Part shown: piece after piece, positions 51,001 to 64,000 of the stretch
Position numbering within the stretch: the stretch's first letter is position 1
Layout: each line of letters opens with the position of its first letter
NCBI RefSeq assembly: GCF_036321535.1
Contig: NC_087436.1
Span: forward strand, 20,958,001 to 21,022,000
DNA from: Camelus dromedarius
Taxonomy: Eukaryota
Reading direction: 5' to 3'
Length of the DNA stretch: 64,000 nt
The notes under the pieces: generated by a model
What the model was told of the DNA's origin: nothing
Database searches by the model: none
The model's input: the letters and a program-made list of their open reading frames with translations, nothing else
Translations under genes and position numbers: made by a program

Positions 51001-51729
51001 TGTAAAGGAATATTCAACAACTGGAACATTGAAAAATACTCTTTACAAAGAGAGTTTTAAATTTTAGGTAAGAAAATATAAAGAAGGAATCATACATATA
51101 AAAACCTGAGTGACTACTACATGGCTCATTTTACAATATTAAAGGTAGTTCTGTTTAATATATTAGAGTTGGAGTAAAGAGGTATTTTTCTTTTAGTAGT
51201 CAGATTAAATATCGTAATACAGAAATGGTGCAATGCAGCTATTCCTCACAGTTCACAAATGATTACTGTGACATTCTGAAAAGTTGTACCTGCAAAAATT
51301 ACTCAGGTAACAAAAAACCTGACTTTCTTGCTTAGGATAAAGTGATGGATTCCGATAAGAACCAGGAATCCTTGTGTTTCCTAGTATTTAAACATACTCT
51401 TTTAACTATAGTGGAAATAAACTGAGGATTCTTGAGTCCGTCCTGTGGGTAAAAAAAACCTCAATAGTGAATACACAGAGGCTGTGGTATTTCAATTGTC
51501 TACAGTTTCACAAAACAAATAATAAAATATGAAATACGTAAAAAATATTTATCTCAATATGAAATGCTTTTAGCACACCACTCATCACATAACAGAAATT
51601 CAATAAATATTCCTCCTTTCCTTCATTTCTATTTTTATTCCTCAGATGTTCTAGTATTAGGAAAAATCAAAGATATCATTTCAACCCAAAGGATAAAATA
51701 AGAAATTCAACAAAGCAGGATAAGGAAAT

Positions 51730-54700
51730 GACCAGCATTTTTCCACTACCTGGAATAGATTTGTGCAGACCAATCCTCCCATGGAAAACAACTATAAAAT
51801 CAGATACTCCATTAGGAATATCCATGTGAAAGCATCAGAGAATTAATAGGGCAGCAGGACTGTGGGGCCAAGATCCTGGAAGAAAAGGGGTACAGAGAGG
51901 TGAGGCTGACATTTAACTCCACTTTTCCTTAAGGCATTTTCCAGCTCCTAAAGAGCAGACTAAAGATGAAGACACTGAGCAAATATTCTAGGAGTTTTAT
52001 GGGGCTGGGGAATAAAACTGAAGTCAGGCACAATATGAAGCAGACAAAATATCCCAGGATGTCCACTGGAACCTGAATGAGTTTCATCTTAGGAGTAAAG
52101 AGTGAACCAGAAACAAAATGACTGTCAAAAAGATTCAAGCCCTTCTGATCAATTCAATTCCAGATTGGATTACATTATCTGCCCCTACCCTTTCAACTAG
52201 AAGAAAATTAAACCCTCTAGAAGTAACACCATTTAGAGCCTGAAAGTATCTCTAAAATATTTCACACACATTATGCTGAATTCAATTAAAAAAAAAATGG
52301 TCAGGCAAATCAAAAAACAAAACCAAATCCCACCCCTCTCCAAAAAAAATTCAAACAAAAGAAACAACCTATAGGAGATCTAGATCTTGAAAAAATCAGA
52401 CAGGGACTTTTAAATTACCATGATTAATATGCTCAAGAACTTGGTAGATAGCATGAAAAATTTGAGGGGAACTGAATATTTTAGAAAAGAATCAAACAGA
52501 ACTGAAAATTATAATAAGTGCAATTTAGACATCAATAGATGGGATTAACAGCTGAGGAGGAGGTTAGAAAATAAATTAGAAAAAAATATTCCAGAATAAA
52601 GTACAAGAAGAAAACAAACAAACAAAAAGATGAGAAATCACAGAATATAGCATACAGGATATTGTGAAAAGATCTAAAGTACATGTACTTGGAGTCCCAG
52701 AAGGACAGATAATAGAGAATGGAGCAAAAGCAGTATGTAAAGAGATAGTAGCTGAAAAATTTTCCAAAATGATAAATAAAAGACACCAAATCACAGATTC
52801 ATGAAATGTTATAGTGCCCAACTAGGATAACGTCAAAGAAAACCACATTTAGATATATAAAAGGGAAGATACTGAAGAAGACAAAGAAATAATAGACAGT
52901 GGAAGGAAAGGCAAACATTACTTTTAAGGGAATAATAATGAGACTGACAGTTGATTTCACAATGGAAATACTGGAAGCAAGATGACAACAAATGATATTC
53001 TCAAAATGATAAAAAAAAAAAAAACTGGTAGCCTAGAAGTCTGTATCTGACAAAAATATTCCCCAAAACAAAGGTTAAATTAAAACATTTTCATACAAGC
53101 AAAAACTAAGAGTATGTTACCAGTAGGTCTGCACCAAAAGAAATGCTAAAAGTTCTTTAAGCAGAAAAAATGACTCCAAACAAAAGCATGGGAATACAAA
53201 ATGAATAAATAAATGCACAAATAGCAATAGAAAGAATTAATCTAGATAAACAGTAAGTGTACAAAATGATAATATATTAAGGAATTTGTAGAACAAAATA
53301 CATACAAGACTAACACATATGACAACAATAGAAGAAAAATGGACAGGAGGTAGAAAACTAAGTTAAATCTTTCTACATTCCTTAGATTGTCCAAAATTAG
53401 TAAAATCACTGATTTATTTTAGACATCAATAAGCCAGGAATGCATGTATAATTTCTGGGGTAATAACTAAAATAATAATAAAAGAATGTTTAGGAAAAAG
53501 AAAAGAAAAATACATAAGCTAAAAGAAGGCAAGAAAGGAGAGAAAAAGATAAATATAATGACAAATTTTGAAGGATTGAAATGGGCAAAATCAGTTAGAA
53601 ACCAATAAAAAATATAATTTGAAAATCTCTCAAATATTTATAAATTAAGCAATATTCTTCTAAAAATCCCAGAGCTAAAGGAAGAAATTCCAGTGAATGT
53701 TAGGAAATATATTGAACTGAATGATAATAAAAGAACTACATATCTAAACTTGTAAAATGCAACTACAGATGTGCTTTGAAGGAAAACAATAACCTTTAAT
53801 GTATACAAAAAAAAAAAAAGGCTGAAAATAAATGATTTACATACCTATCTAAAGAAGGTTAAAAAAAATAGTAAATTAGACCCCAATAAATTAGAAAGAA
53901 AGAATAACAAAGGCAAAAAGAGAAATTAATGAACTGAAAAAAAAATGCAATAAAAGCCAAAATTGTTCCTTGAAAATACAAATAAAATGTATAACCCTTG
54001 GCAAAATTCATTTTAAAAACCCAGGAATGGTACAGATTATCTATACAAAGAATAATAAAGGAACACTTCTATAAATTCTACACATATTAAAAAGATAAAG
54101 AAGAGCTGATGAACAATTTTGTGCTAATAAATTTGGAAACTTTAATAAAATGGATCAATTACTAGAAAAATACATCTTATCAAAACTGACCCATACAAAG
54201 AATAGATAATTGGAATAATCCTACACTATTAATGATTTTGAATTTGTAGTTAAAATTTTGCCACAAAGAAAACTCCAGGGCCATATATGTTCACCAGTGA
54301 ATTTTTCCCAAGATTAAAGACAGAAATAACACCAAATGTACACAATCTGTTCCAAAGAGTAGAAGAGGGAATCATTTTATGAATCCGAGACACTGATGAG
54401 TATGTTATGAAACAGGAAACTTTTACTCAAATGTTCTAAACAAGTATTAGCAACCTACTCCATTGATACATAAAAAGAATAATTTGTCACAACCAAGAAG
54501 GTTTTAGTCTACATATAGAACTTCAAATTTCAATCAATATATATTATTCACTATATTTACAAAGTAAAGGGTAAAATACCATTATCTCAACAGATGCAGA
54601 AAAAAATTTTTGATGATTCAACAAACATTTTTGATAAAAATAACTCCTAACTAGTAGTAGAAAGGAACTTCATTCATATGATATAGTCTTTTTAAAAACC

Positions 54701-56160
54701 TATGACAAATATGTTTAATGGTGAAATATTGAAAGCTTTCTCCCTGACATCGGAAAAGAGATAGATGCTCTTTATCAAGACTTTTATTTAACATTAACAG
54801 GAAGTAGATCCCAACAAGTGTAATATGACAAGAAAAACAAAATTTATAAGAATTAGGAAGAAAAGGTGTCATTCTTCAGAGATTGTATTATCAACCAATG
54901 CAAATTAATCTCTAGATAAATATTGGAATTAATAAGTGAATTTAGAAAAGTCACAGAGTTTAAGTTCTAAACATAAAAATCTATTGCACATCTTTATGCC
55001 AACAATAAGCAATTAAAAATGAAAATTTTCAATTATACCATTAAATATCTAACAATAAATTAATAAACATGTGTAAATCTCTACACAGAAAACTATGAAA
55101 CATTATTTAGAGAAATTTTAAAGGACCTAAATAAATGGTGGGCATGTAATATTATAAAGATGTCCGTTATCTTTCAATTGCTTCATAGAATCCATGCAAT
55201 CCCGATTATAATCCCGGGAGGATTTTTCATAGAAATCAATAAATTGACTATAAAATTTAAATAAAAATTCAAATAGCCAAAAACAAACCAGACAATAATG
55301 AAGGAAAAAAACAAACTCAGAGGACCTACATTACCAGATATCAAGATGTACCATAAAGGTACAGTAATTAAGACAGTGTGGAATCAAAGTAAAGAAGGAC
55401 AAGTAAACCAATGTATTAGAAAAGAATTCAGAAACAGACTCATACATATAAGAACATTTGATTTATGGACAGGTACTACTCTAAGCAATGGAAAAATGGA
55501 GCAACTGGAACTCTCACTCATTGCTAATGGGAATATAAATTGGTAGAATCACTTCAGACAATTGTTTGCCAGTATCTACTAATGCTGTACATGTGTGTAT
55601 CTTACAGCAATTCCATTTGCAGATATAAACCTAACAAAAGTACTTACAGCTGTGAACCAAAGGACACTTACAAGAATGCTTATAACAGTATTATTCTCGA
55701 TAGTTCCAAGCTGAGGACAATCCAACTGTCTATCAGTACAGTACATAAATTGTGGTATATTTATTCAATGAAATACTATATGGCAACGAAAATTAATGGC
55801 TTACTTACTATTACACACAATATGGATGAATCTCTCAAAAGTATTAAATTAAAGAAGCCAGAAACAAAAGAATATATTCCATTCCAGTTAAGATTCCATT
55901 TATTAGAAAGTATAAAGTCAAAAGTAATTTATAGAGATAAACCTCAAGAGAAGGGTCACTCTGGGTGAAGGAAGGAGCACTAACTGGCAGGAGGCATGAG
56001 GAGGTTTCCAGGGGTGTGTGAATGTTTTTGTCCTGAGTGATGGTTATACAGGTGTGTACATTCTGCATTAATGCAGTGATTTGTACAACTGGGACTTTTG
56101 CACTTTACTGCATGTAGATTATACTTCAATAAAACAATATTAGTAAAAAATAAAAAGAAA
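51730..56160 (+). mobile_element. Ancient, degraded, internally deleted L1 (5' region, ORF1, ORF2 remnants, 3'UTR)
   Basis: ORF 55298..55546 (KNKLRGPTLPDIKMYHKGTVIKTVW) resembles L1 ORF2 [25 protein letters not shown]. Also tctcaacagatgcagaaaaa and a 3' end atacttcaataaa with A tail. Confidence 0.85.
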
Positions 56161-56737
56161 TGACTCACACAGAAGTTATAACATAAAGTCTTTTAAATAA
56201 TCAGGTTACTAAGATAAACTTAATATTTTATTCACTTTTGAAAAGTTTTCCAACATGAGCTGGAACTTCTGTATTGACTCAGTTGTGGCTTTATATTAGA
56301 GCATTACACTAGAGCATGGTTTCACTGCTTCTTTGCTATCCCCAAGGAAACAGGAGTGTGGAGTTATAGAACAAACTGCACTCATCAGCCAACAAACTGT
56401 TTCAGTGTTTTTTAGTGCAGTTAGGGCACAAATGGACTCACATATTCCCTGTTGTTTTTTCATTTTCCATGGATGGAATTTGTCAAGAAATTTCTTCTGT
56501 TCTCTAATGCTAGCCAGAAAATGCAGCCATTGTAATGGTGGTCAGAATTTTGAAAGAATGTGCTCAGAAATATACAGATTTTTCAAAAGGACAAGTCAAT
56601 ATTAAGGAAGTATAATTTGAAAAATTGTTTTGGAAAGACACTGTGGATAAATTTTCTAAAACCTTTCAGGATTTTTTAAAGTTAAGGTGGAGAAATTGAA
56701 TACATTCTAAATTATTCCCTGGAACAGATGAATTCTT

Positions 56738-57382
56738 TGTGGGGGAAAAAACAAGCACACACAAAAACCACCATGTCATCCCTTCAGTTTTATTCTACAC
56801 CTGAAACAGGGTAGTCATCAGTTAGATCCATTAAACTTTAACTTGCTTATTAAATAATGAACTGTAACTTGCCTTCACTGATCAAACTCAAGCTTGTTTT
56901 GTTTTCACAAAAACTTACATGTCCTCCAAGCATCAGGTAGCCTGAAACAAATACGTTTGCCCCAGTAATTCTTCAGAAACTTGGAGAAAACTGTGTTCAG
57001 TTTGAGCCCAAGCCAGTTAAGACTGGTGAGGACCACTGACCCTCCCACTAGGCATGCGCAGTCCGATTGGTGACCTTTTGACATCAGAGGGTCCAAAACT
57101 CTATGCTGGTGCCGCCATTTTCTAAACACACGTATAGCTTAGTTGCGCCTGCACACAACCATGACATCACCTTTTTCTTATTTCCAATCACCATTCCCCA
57201 CGCTCCCTACACCTCAGACCACTCTGCTTTCTTATCCCATAAATATCTCAGCCTCTCGCCTTCCAGGAGGTGGATTTAATACTTGTTCTCCCTTCTTGCT
57301 TTGGCTGCCTCCTGAATAAATCTTTACTCTGCTGCAAACCTAGGCATCTCAGGGTTTGACAAATGAACCCGGTTTGGTAACA
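56738..57382 (+). mobile_element. ERV1-like solo LTR (5' boundary uncertain)
   Basis: TATA-like cccataaatatc (~57238), AATAAA (~57315), and 3' end ggtttggtaaCA. Confidence 0.65.
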
Positions 57383-57732
57383 GACCTACTTTGGCGCTTA
57401 ATTTTTTTTTTATTAATAAAAAAAATTTTTTTTTTAATTTAATGCCAGCTTCCAAGGAAGTAAGAATATGTGTGTCACTGTTACACACTGGTTCTGTTTA
57501 AAACCCTTCCAGATGGGCGCTTAGCTGACTGATTTATCTCAGATCCAAGCTTCCTGAGAGGCCCACATGCTCACTTCTTCGTGTGGCCTCCAGAAAACTT
57601 CCTGCAGCCTAGAAAGATTGATTTGTGGCTGATGAGCTTTCCCATTCTTAAGAGTCACCTGACGGATTCCACAGTTAGGTGAATAAATTCAGAAGTGGAG
57701 ATACCCAGGCACCTGAGAAAACAGTACATCCA

Positions 57733-58372
57733 GCCTGCTGCTTGCCATCCAAGCCCACACCCACGCTAACCAGAAGCCACCACCATGGCGAGGGACCAGA
57801 ATGCAACCTGGGAGATGGGGAGTCACGACAACTTTGAAGGCTACATGAAGCCCTGGGTACTGATTTTGCCACCCACAAGATCGCCGTCCGTCTGACTCGG
57901 ACGAAGATCACCAAGCCAGACCGCGGTAAGTTCAAGGCGAAAACCAACAGCACGTTCTGCAACTATGACTTGTATATCACGGCCAGGGTGGAGTTTGGCA
58001 AGTACACAAAGGGCCTGGACAACCGGAATGTTAAGACGCTGGGCATCCGGGAAGGTGATGCCCTCGTGTGCGCGCAGAAGGGGGAAAGGAGAGCCGCGGG
58101 GGGCAAGCAGCGGGTCGCGCGGGACAAGCCGTACCTGGAGCTGACGTGTGGCAGAGGTCCGTCAGGTGTTCAAGAAGCAATGGCGGCGAGGGCGCCTACT
58201 GAGCATGCGCCGCGCACTCCACGCCAGGCGTTCGCTGGCTTTGCGACGCCGCCGCCGGGACCCCCCAGCTCCTGACAAAGCCCGTTAAGGCATCCGGGTG
58301 GGTTTTAAACCGAACGGGTGAGTAACAGTGACATAGTCTTCCTTCCTTGGAAGCTGGCATTGAACAAAAAAA
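57733..58372 (+). pseudogene. RBP2: Processed pseudogene of retinol-binding protein 2 (CRBP-II); CDS remnant 57785-58183
   Basis: Intronless. ATG 57785 in Kozak context gives MARDQNATWEMGSHDNFEGYMK, then a -1 frameshift, then DFATHKIAVRLTRTK..FKAKTNSTFCNYD..VEFGKYTKGLDNRNVK..EGDALVCAQKGE..KQ..DKPYLELTCG, a further indel, and RQVFKK. The stop position reads TGG. UTR-like flanks and an A-rich end at ~58363. Confidence 0.93.
57880..58320. promoter_or_regulatory. CpG island overlapping the 3' half of the RBP2 retrocopy
   Basis: About 33 CpGs by hand count in 58021-58320, against a CpG-poor window. NRF1-like GAGCATGCGC at 58201. Confidence 0.65.
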
Positions 58373-61300
58373 CCCAAAATGTTTTAAAATTTATTTTTAA
58401 AGGGCAGTTTGTAATGTTTATAGAATTATTCATTTAGCAGTTGCAAAATCAGGTACGATAGAATCAACTAAAGGCATAGTAAATGTATTCTCAGCCTGTC
58501 AGTATATGAAGTCTGTTAGTTTTTTTTACTTCAGCTAGGTTTTGGGGGACACATATTTTATGTAGCCTCGCTCACAGGAGTCTCCTGGAGCTAAAATATA
58601 TAATGATTTGTGACCTTTTCCGTTGGTTTGTGGAACAAGATTACGAAGCCAACTCTTCAGAATTTTTTGTCAGCACAAGTCAGTTCTATGTTAGAAAAAC
58701 ATAATGGATTCAATTCCTTTCACTATCGCAATGAAGGAAAATTAACAGAGTGTAAATGTGATTGTCTTCCCGACACAAATAGAAGAAAACTCTCTTTGAC
58801 CGCTTTCTTGAGTCTCCCGTCAAAATAGCTTTAAATGTTACACAAAGCTGCAAGAATTGATGCTCCCAGGACTCTATAATCCTGTCGGAGTCATTGTTTC
58901 TTTACAGAGGGTTCAGGAAAGTAAAGATGGTTGAATTTCCACCGCAGGCCCTACCCATCTCTTTACTCTTCGTTTGCTGTGTGTCTGAATTTGCCCTTGA
59001 ACCCAGGGCTGCTCTGTCACAGCACCTGGGCTGGAGCCAGAAGGTCTTCCCCGGTTATTTCAAATTTTCTGCATACTTTGTTGGAGTTAATGATAACCAC
59101 AGATATCATCCTAGTCCTAAGAAGCTGCTTCTTACTGTATTTACACATGAACCCAGCTCATGGAGACTCGGAAGAACTGCTTAATATCCTTAAGCCTCAG
59201 TTTCCTCCTCTATAATATGGGCATAATATTACATATTTCATAATGCCGGAGAATTAAATGAGCTAATGCTATACTTATTACACCCCTTTGTCTCAATAGT
59301 TCAATAAAGTAAATGTTCAAAGAATTGAAAACTGCTTCCCTAAAAGACTACAGTTCTCCCACTATGGAATTTTTTTTTTCAGTGACTTTCTAGGACGCTG
59401 CCAATTAGTGTGTCCTTTGTCACATGACCATTTTGTTTCCAATTCTCTAGTTGTTGTCCGTACAAAATCCTGAATTTCCAAAGCTTCAGAAGTACAGTGT
59501 TGAGATGATTGGAGTGATTATGAAAAGAGAGTTACAGGGCCACTAATAAAAAGTTCAAAATAAATAACTAGAAAAAAAGGGTACATAATTAGAATTTTCC
59601 TCTTTCTCCTAACCTGTATTTCTAACTTCTAGATATTCCCTTTTAGTTATCATACTGTTAATGGAGTGAACTTTCGGATAATCAGAGAGTTTACCTCATT
59701 TTACAAAAAATAAATTTTAATAAAAATGACAAACTATTTTGCTGTTAGGAATCATTTACATATTAATTAGCAAGTATTATATTCAAGTCTTTTGCCATTA
59801 TTCATGCTACAAAATATTTTTAACTCAATGCACACGATGATTACAACGCTTTACAATAATTCTCCAATTTTAATAGGAAATAAATGATGTGTATGTTTCT
59901 GAACTATTACCCTTAAAGCAAAACTGTATCAATAGCCAAACTATGCAAGAGTTAGCTCAGCTTCAACACTGCACCCACTGACTGTGGTGGTTTTAAGAAG
60001 AGATTCAGACAGTGAGCTAATTTCACTCTTCACCTCAGTGTCACCTGATTGGTCCCAAGCTTGCCTAATTAATGATAACTCACACTGAATCCCATCGCTC
60101 ATTCGGGACCCTTCATTAACTTCAATCTCCTATTCAACCTCAACTTCCTTTGGTTTTCTCTGTATAATTTCTTCATCATCTACTTTCCTAATCCCTCTCC
60201 CATTTTTTCATCAGCTGCCCGTTATCCATGGAAAGGACCTAATTTCCCTTGCATTCAAATTCTCTTCAAAAGGCCCCAAAGAACCAGTATTCCCTGTCTC
60301 ATTCTTGAAGTTTCATGTGGATCACTGGACAATAGAACTCTGAGGCTGGAGCATTCATAATCCTAGTTGTTCTTGCAGAATGACTAAGGTGTGTGATACT
60401 CGTGGAGGAGGATCCTTTTATTTTTTCAGAGTTTTCAGAAAAGACCATCTAGCAATATCAGTACCAAATTGATATTTTGGAATGTGATAGTTGAAATAAA
60501 AGCATCTCTGCTGCTAGAGACACTAGTTTGAATCCTCACTTGGCCATTGGTTATTTTATTTTTCAGATTTTAGTTGCCCTATTTGTAAAGTAAGGAAACT
60601 AGAATATGTGGTCTCTTTTAGCTTTAAAATTCTGTGCTCAAAGTTTGAATTTATGGATTGACTATAAATCAAAATGATTTAATGTTTTAAATATTATTCA
60701 AGCCCTGTTAAATTTCTCAAAGGCTTTATTCTTTTATTAATCCCATCTCTGCCCATATCAATATGGAAAAGCCATGCCTACACTGGATGTATAATTTCAT
60801 CATGCCTATTTCAAAACATATTTCTCCTACACAAGTCAGAGCACACAATATTCAGTCTGAATTCCTGGTTCACAGAGCACATACTGTAGTCATTTCATAG
60901 TCTTTTAAAATAATTGTGCTCTGAAACAATCAAGCACATCCATGGCAAGGTTAACCTAAAATCTTAAAGCAAAACAGCCCATTTCCTTTGTAAATAAGTC
61001 TATTGTGGAATTGGTAGTCAAATCAGGGAAGTGTGAAGATTGATTTAGGTGTTTCCCAGGCCAGCGGTTTGCTAAGTGTAATCAATAATCAACCAGTATA
61101 TACTTCTAAATATTCTTCAAGCAATAGGTTTACAAGCACCTGCCAAGAGGCAAAACTGGAGTTAAATTTTCACTCCTATCAAAGATGTAAAACCAAAAGC
61201 CTCACAATAAGATCTGACTTATAGTCTGAAATCAGTAACACCAGAATACCATGTTTGACATTTAGGTAAAGTAAGATTCTAGGTTGGCTAAGAAGACAAT

Positions 61301-61514
61301 GAACATACAGAGAAGAAAATGTGCATTAAAATAATACTTGTTTTTTGTTTGAAATGGTGAGATCCTGTGGTTCTTAGATGAGATTAAGAATTTATCTTTG
61401 CATCTCAAACTCTAAGTCTGTTTCCTAGACGGTCTTAACTTTAAGGAAACATCTCCTGTTGTAAGGAAACAAATTTGTAGTGAGAAGCCACAATTTATAA
61501 AGATCCAAACTTTA

Positions 61515-61895
61515 GGCAAAACCATGGAGACAGTGAAAAGATGAATGGTTGCCAGGGGTCAAAGGGGAGGAAGCAGTGGAGCACAGGTTTTAGGGCAGTA
61601 TAACTACTCTGTAGGATACTATAATGGTGGATCCATGTCATTATACATTTGCCCAAACCCACAGAACTTAAAACGCAAAGACCAAATCCTAATGTAAACT
61701 GTGGTCTGTGGGTGATAATAATGGCTCATTGTAGGCTCATCAGGTGTAGCAAATGTAGCAAATTCTGGTGGAGGATATTGATAATGGGGGAGGCTATGTG
61801 CCTTGGCATATATCTCTGTACCTTCCTCTCAGTTTTACTGTGAACCTAAAACTGCTCTGAAAATTAAAGTCTATTAAAAATAAAAAATAAAAATT
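61515..61895 (+). mobile_element. L1 3'UTR fragment
   Basis: ggcaaaaccatggagacagtgaaaagatgaatggttgccagggg...ctgtaccttcctctcagttttactgtgaacctaaaactgctct and A tail. Confidence 0.85.
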
Positions 61896-62784
61896 CAAAC
61901 TTAAATCACTTTAACAAAACCTCTGAACTTCTTTATCTCACTCTCTTGAGCTGGTAAGTGACTTGATTGCATTAAAAACATATATAACAACTGAAATTTT
62001 AATGCAGAGCAACCAATATAGCTAAAGAATGAGTTTTATTAATTGGTGTGGCTTCCTTTGTGTGACATTATAACCGTAAATAAAGATATCTTCAGATGTA
62101 AGTAAAATCTTTATAAGTATTAAAATATTAAATATAAAAAGGAAAATAAGATAAACGTTACTCCTTCAAAAAATTTTAAACTGCAATTTTAATTCTTCTT
62201 GGTGAGTAACCCTCTAGAATCATCAAATTAATTTCAGATACATTCAATGCTTGATAGATTGTATTTGACAGTTTATTCAGAGAAAGTCAAGGTCTTGACA
62301 TTTCAGTGTTTTATCCATTTACATACAGCCTGAAATGGTCTTTTTAGAGTGAAACATTGATTAAAAATAACCAAAGCGTAAAGATTCAATTCCATTCATT
62401 CATATCAAGAGCTACAGCTTCTCTCATTTGTAAAATTAAGTCAGGCACTCAGTAGATCCATTTGGCTTGCATTGTATGTAACATCGTGAGCACAATGTAA
62501 GAATGTGTTCATTAACTGGCTCTTTCAAATATTTAATTCTCTGAGCAGAGAAGGATTCTACATCATGTCTTCCAAGAACACTAGAAGAAAAGATGTATGC
62601 TAATAAATAAGTAATAGCAAAACGTCAAGATACACTTAAAAGTCAAATACAAGTAAAACTTTCTGAACGGGTAGAGAATTGCCAAAGACCATAGTCCTGT
62701 CATAGCAAATGGATAATTGTCCATATTGGCTGAAATCTCATACTACATAATTGGCCCTTTGGGAATTCTATTCATGCTGTTTTG

Positions 62785-63645
62785 TTGTCTTGCTTTTGAC
62801 GTCATGTCCAAGAAATCATTGACAAATCATTGTCAAACTTCACAAATACTGTGAAATTTTTTCCTTGTTTTCTTCTAGGAGTTTTATAGTTTTAGATTTT
62901 ACATTTAGGTCTTTCATCCATTTTGAGGTAATTTTTGTAAATGGTGTCAGTTTTGTTATTTTGCATGTAGGTAAGTGTTGGTGAGGATGTGAAGAAATTG
63001 GAACTCTGTGCACTGTTGATGGAAAAGGAAAATGGTGCAGTCACTGTGGAAAACAGTATTGAGGTTCCTCAAAAAATAAAAAATAGAATTAGCATATGAT
63101 CCAGCAATTCCACTTCTGGGTATTTATCCGAAAGAATTGAAAGCAAGGCCTCAAAGAAATACACACTCAAGTTCATAGCAGCGCTATTCATAATAGCTAA
63201 GAAGTAGAAGCAACCCAGGTGCCCATCAACAAAGGAATAAATACACAAAATGTGGTGCATACATACAATGGGATATATTCAGCCTTAATAGGGAAAGAAA
63301 TATTGTCACTTGCTACAACATGGTTAAACCTTGAGGTGAAATAAATCAGTTACAAAAAGACAAATACTGTGTGACTCTACTTACATGTGGTGTATGAAGT
63401 AGCCATATTCACTGAGACAGAAAATAGATTGCTTATTGCCAGGGGCTGAGGAGGGATGGGAGAAATGGGAATTTTGTTTGTTTGTTTGTTTAATAAGTAT
63501 AGAATTTAATATAGTTTTGCAAGATGATGTACTAGAGGTCTGTTGCACAACAGTGTGAATAAACCTAACTACTGTACCCTTTAAATGGTTAAGATGGTAA
63601 ATTTTATATTACATGTTTTTTACAACAATTAAAATTAATTTTAAA
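62785..63645. mobile_element. Old L1 with antisense 5' segment (62785-62970) and sense ORF2 end/3'UTR (62973-63645)
   Basis: Antisense ttttcttctaggagttttatagtttt...tttaggtctttcatccattttgag abuts sense aagtgttggtgaggatgtg...catatgatccagcaattccacttctgggtattta. Confidence 0.85.
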
Positions 63646-64000
63646 TGTATCATATAGAAATACAAGTAATTGTGTAATGTAGCTACTCAAATTTTAAAAG
63701 ATCAAAACAATACTTATTACCATAATGTATCAATTTGTGATTTTTGAAATGGAAGAGTAAATTTTAGAAAATTTAGTAAGGAATAAAGAAAAAGTTCTGT
63801 CACTTTACAAGATTTAGAAACTCAAACTTTTCTTGAATCTCCCTGAATTGTCTGTTTCAAATTGTGTGCTACCATCTATTTCAGTCACTAACAAAGTAAT
63901 AGTATGATGTTAATGATGCACTGGGTAGCTTTTAGAAAGATCTTATTCTTCCATACAGCATATTAAACATTTGATAATTATTTCACTGGATTTCTTTATA

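Noticed and set aside
55298..55968. ORFs of 82 and 142 aa
   Set aside because: Degenerate L1 ORF2/3' remnants, not host genes.
57785..58275. Functional RBP2 retrogene
   Set aside because: Frameshift after codon 22, loss of conserved Trp residues, a further indel near the C-terminus and a lost stop codon.
1..64000. CRISPR arrays, operons or other prokaryotic systems
   Set aside because: The sequence is mammalian (spliceosomal introns, L1/MIR/MaLR repeats, CpG depletion), and no repeat-spacer array is present.

Overview
AT-rich mammalian genomic DNA, not prokaryotic. It is probably from a camelid, inferred from three tRNA-Ala-derived Vic-1-type SINEs and artiodactyl-type L1 3' ends. The first ~15 kb hold the 3' part of a glycophorin A (GYPA) gene on the + strand: a mucin-like exon (4241-4306), a juxtamembrane exon (6250-6285), the transmembrane exon (7986-8068), the cytoplasmic exon (9821-9901) and the terminal exon/3'UTR (from 13152). 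The leader exon is not in the window. This GYPA looks heavily remodelled. Exon 6 has a 1-nt frameshift that stops the tail after 13 residues in a position expected to escape NMD, and an AAG acceptor 5 nt downstream could restore the conserved frame. The exon-2-like acceptor appears shifted, the end of the TM exon appears locally frameshifted and re-compensated, and the GxxxG dimer motif reads AxxxG. The remaining ~49 kb are intergenic and rich in repeats (L1, MIR, MaLR, ERV LTRs, MER20). They contain a processed pseudogene of RBP2 (CRBP-II) at ~57.7-58.4 kb that has gained rather than lost CpGs and forms a CpG island just downstream of a same-strand LTR. Nearly all ORFs in the supplied track are spurious. 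Comparisons to human and pig sequences are from memory and need checking by alignment.
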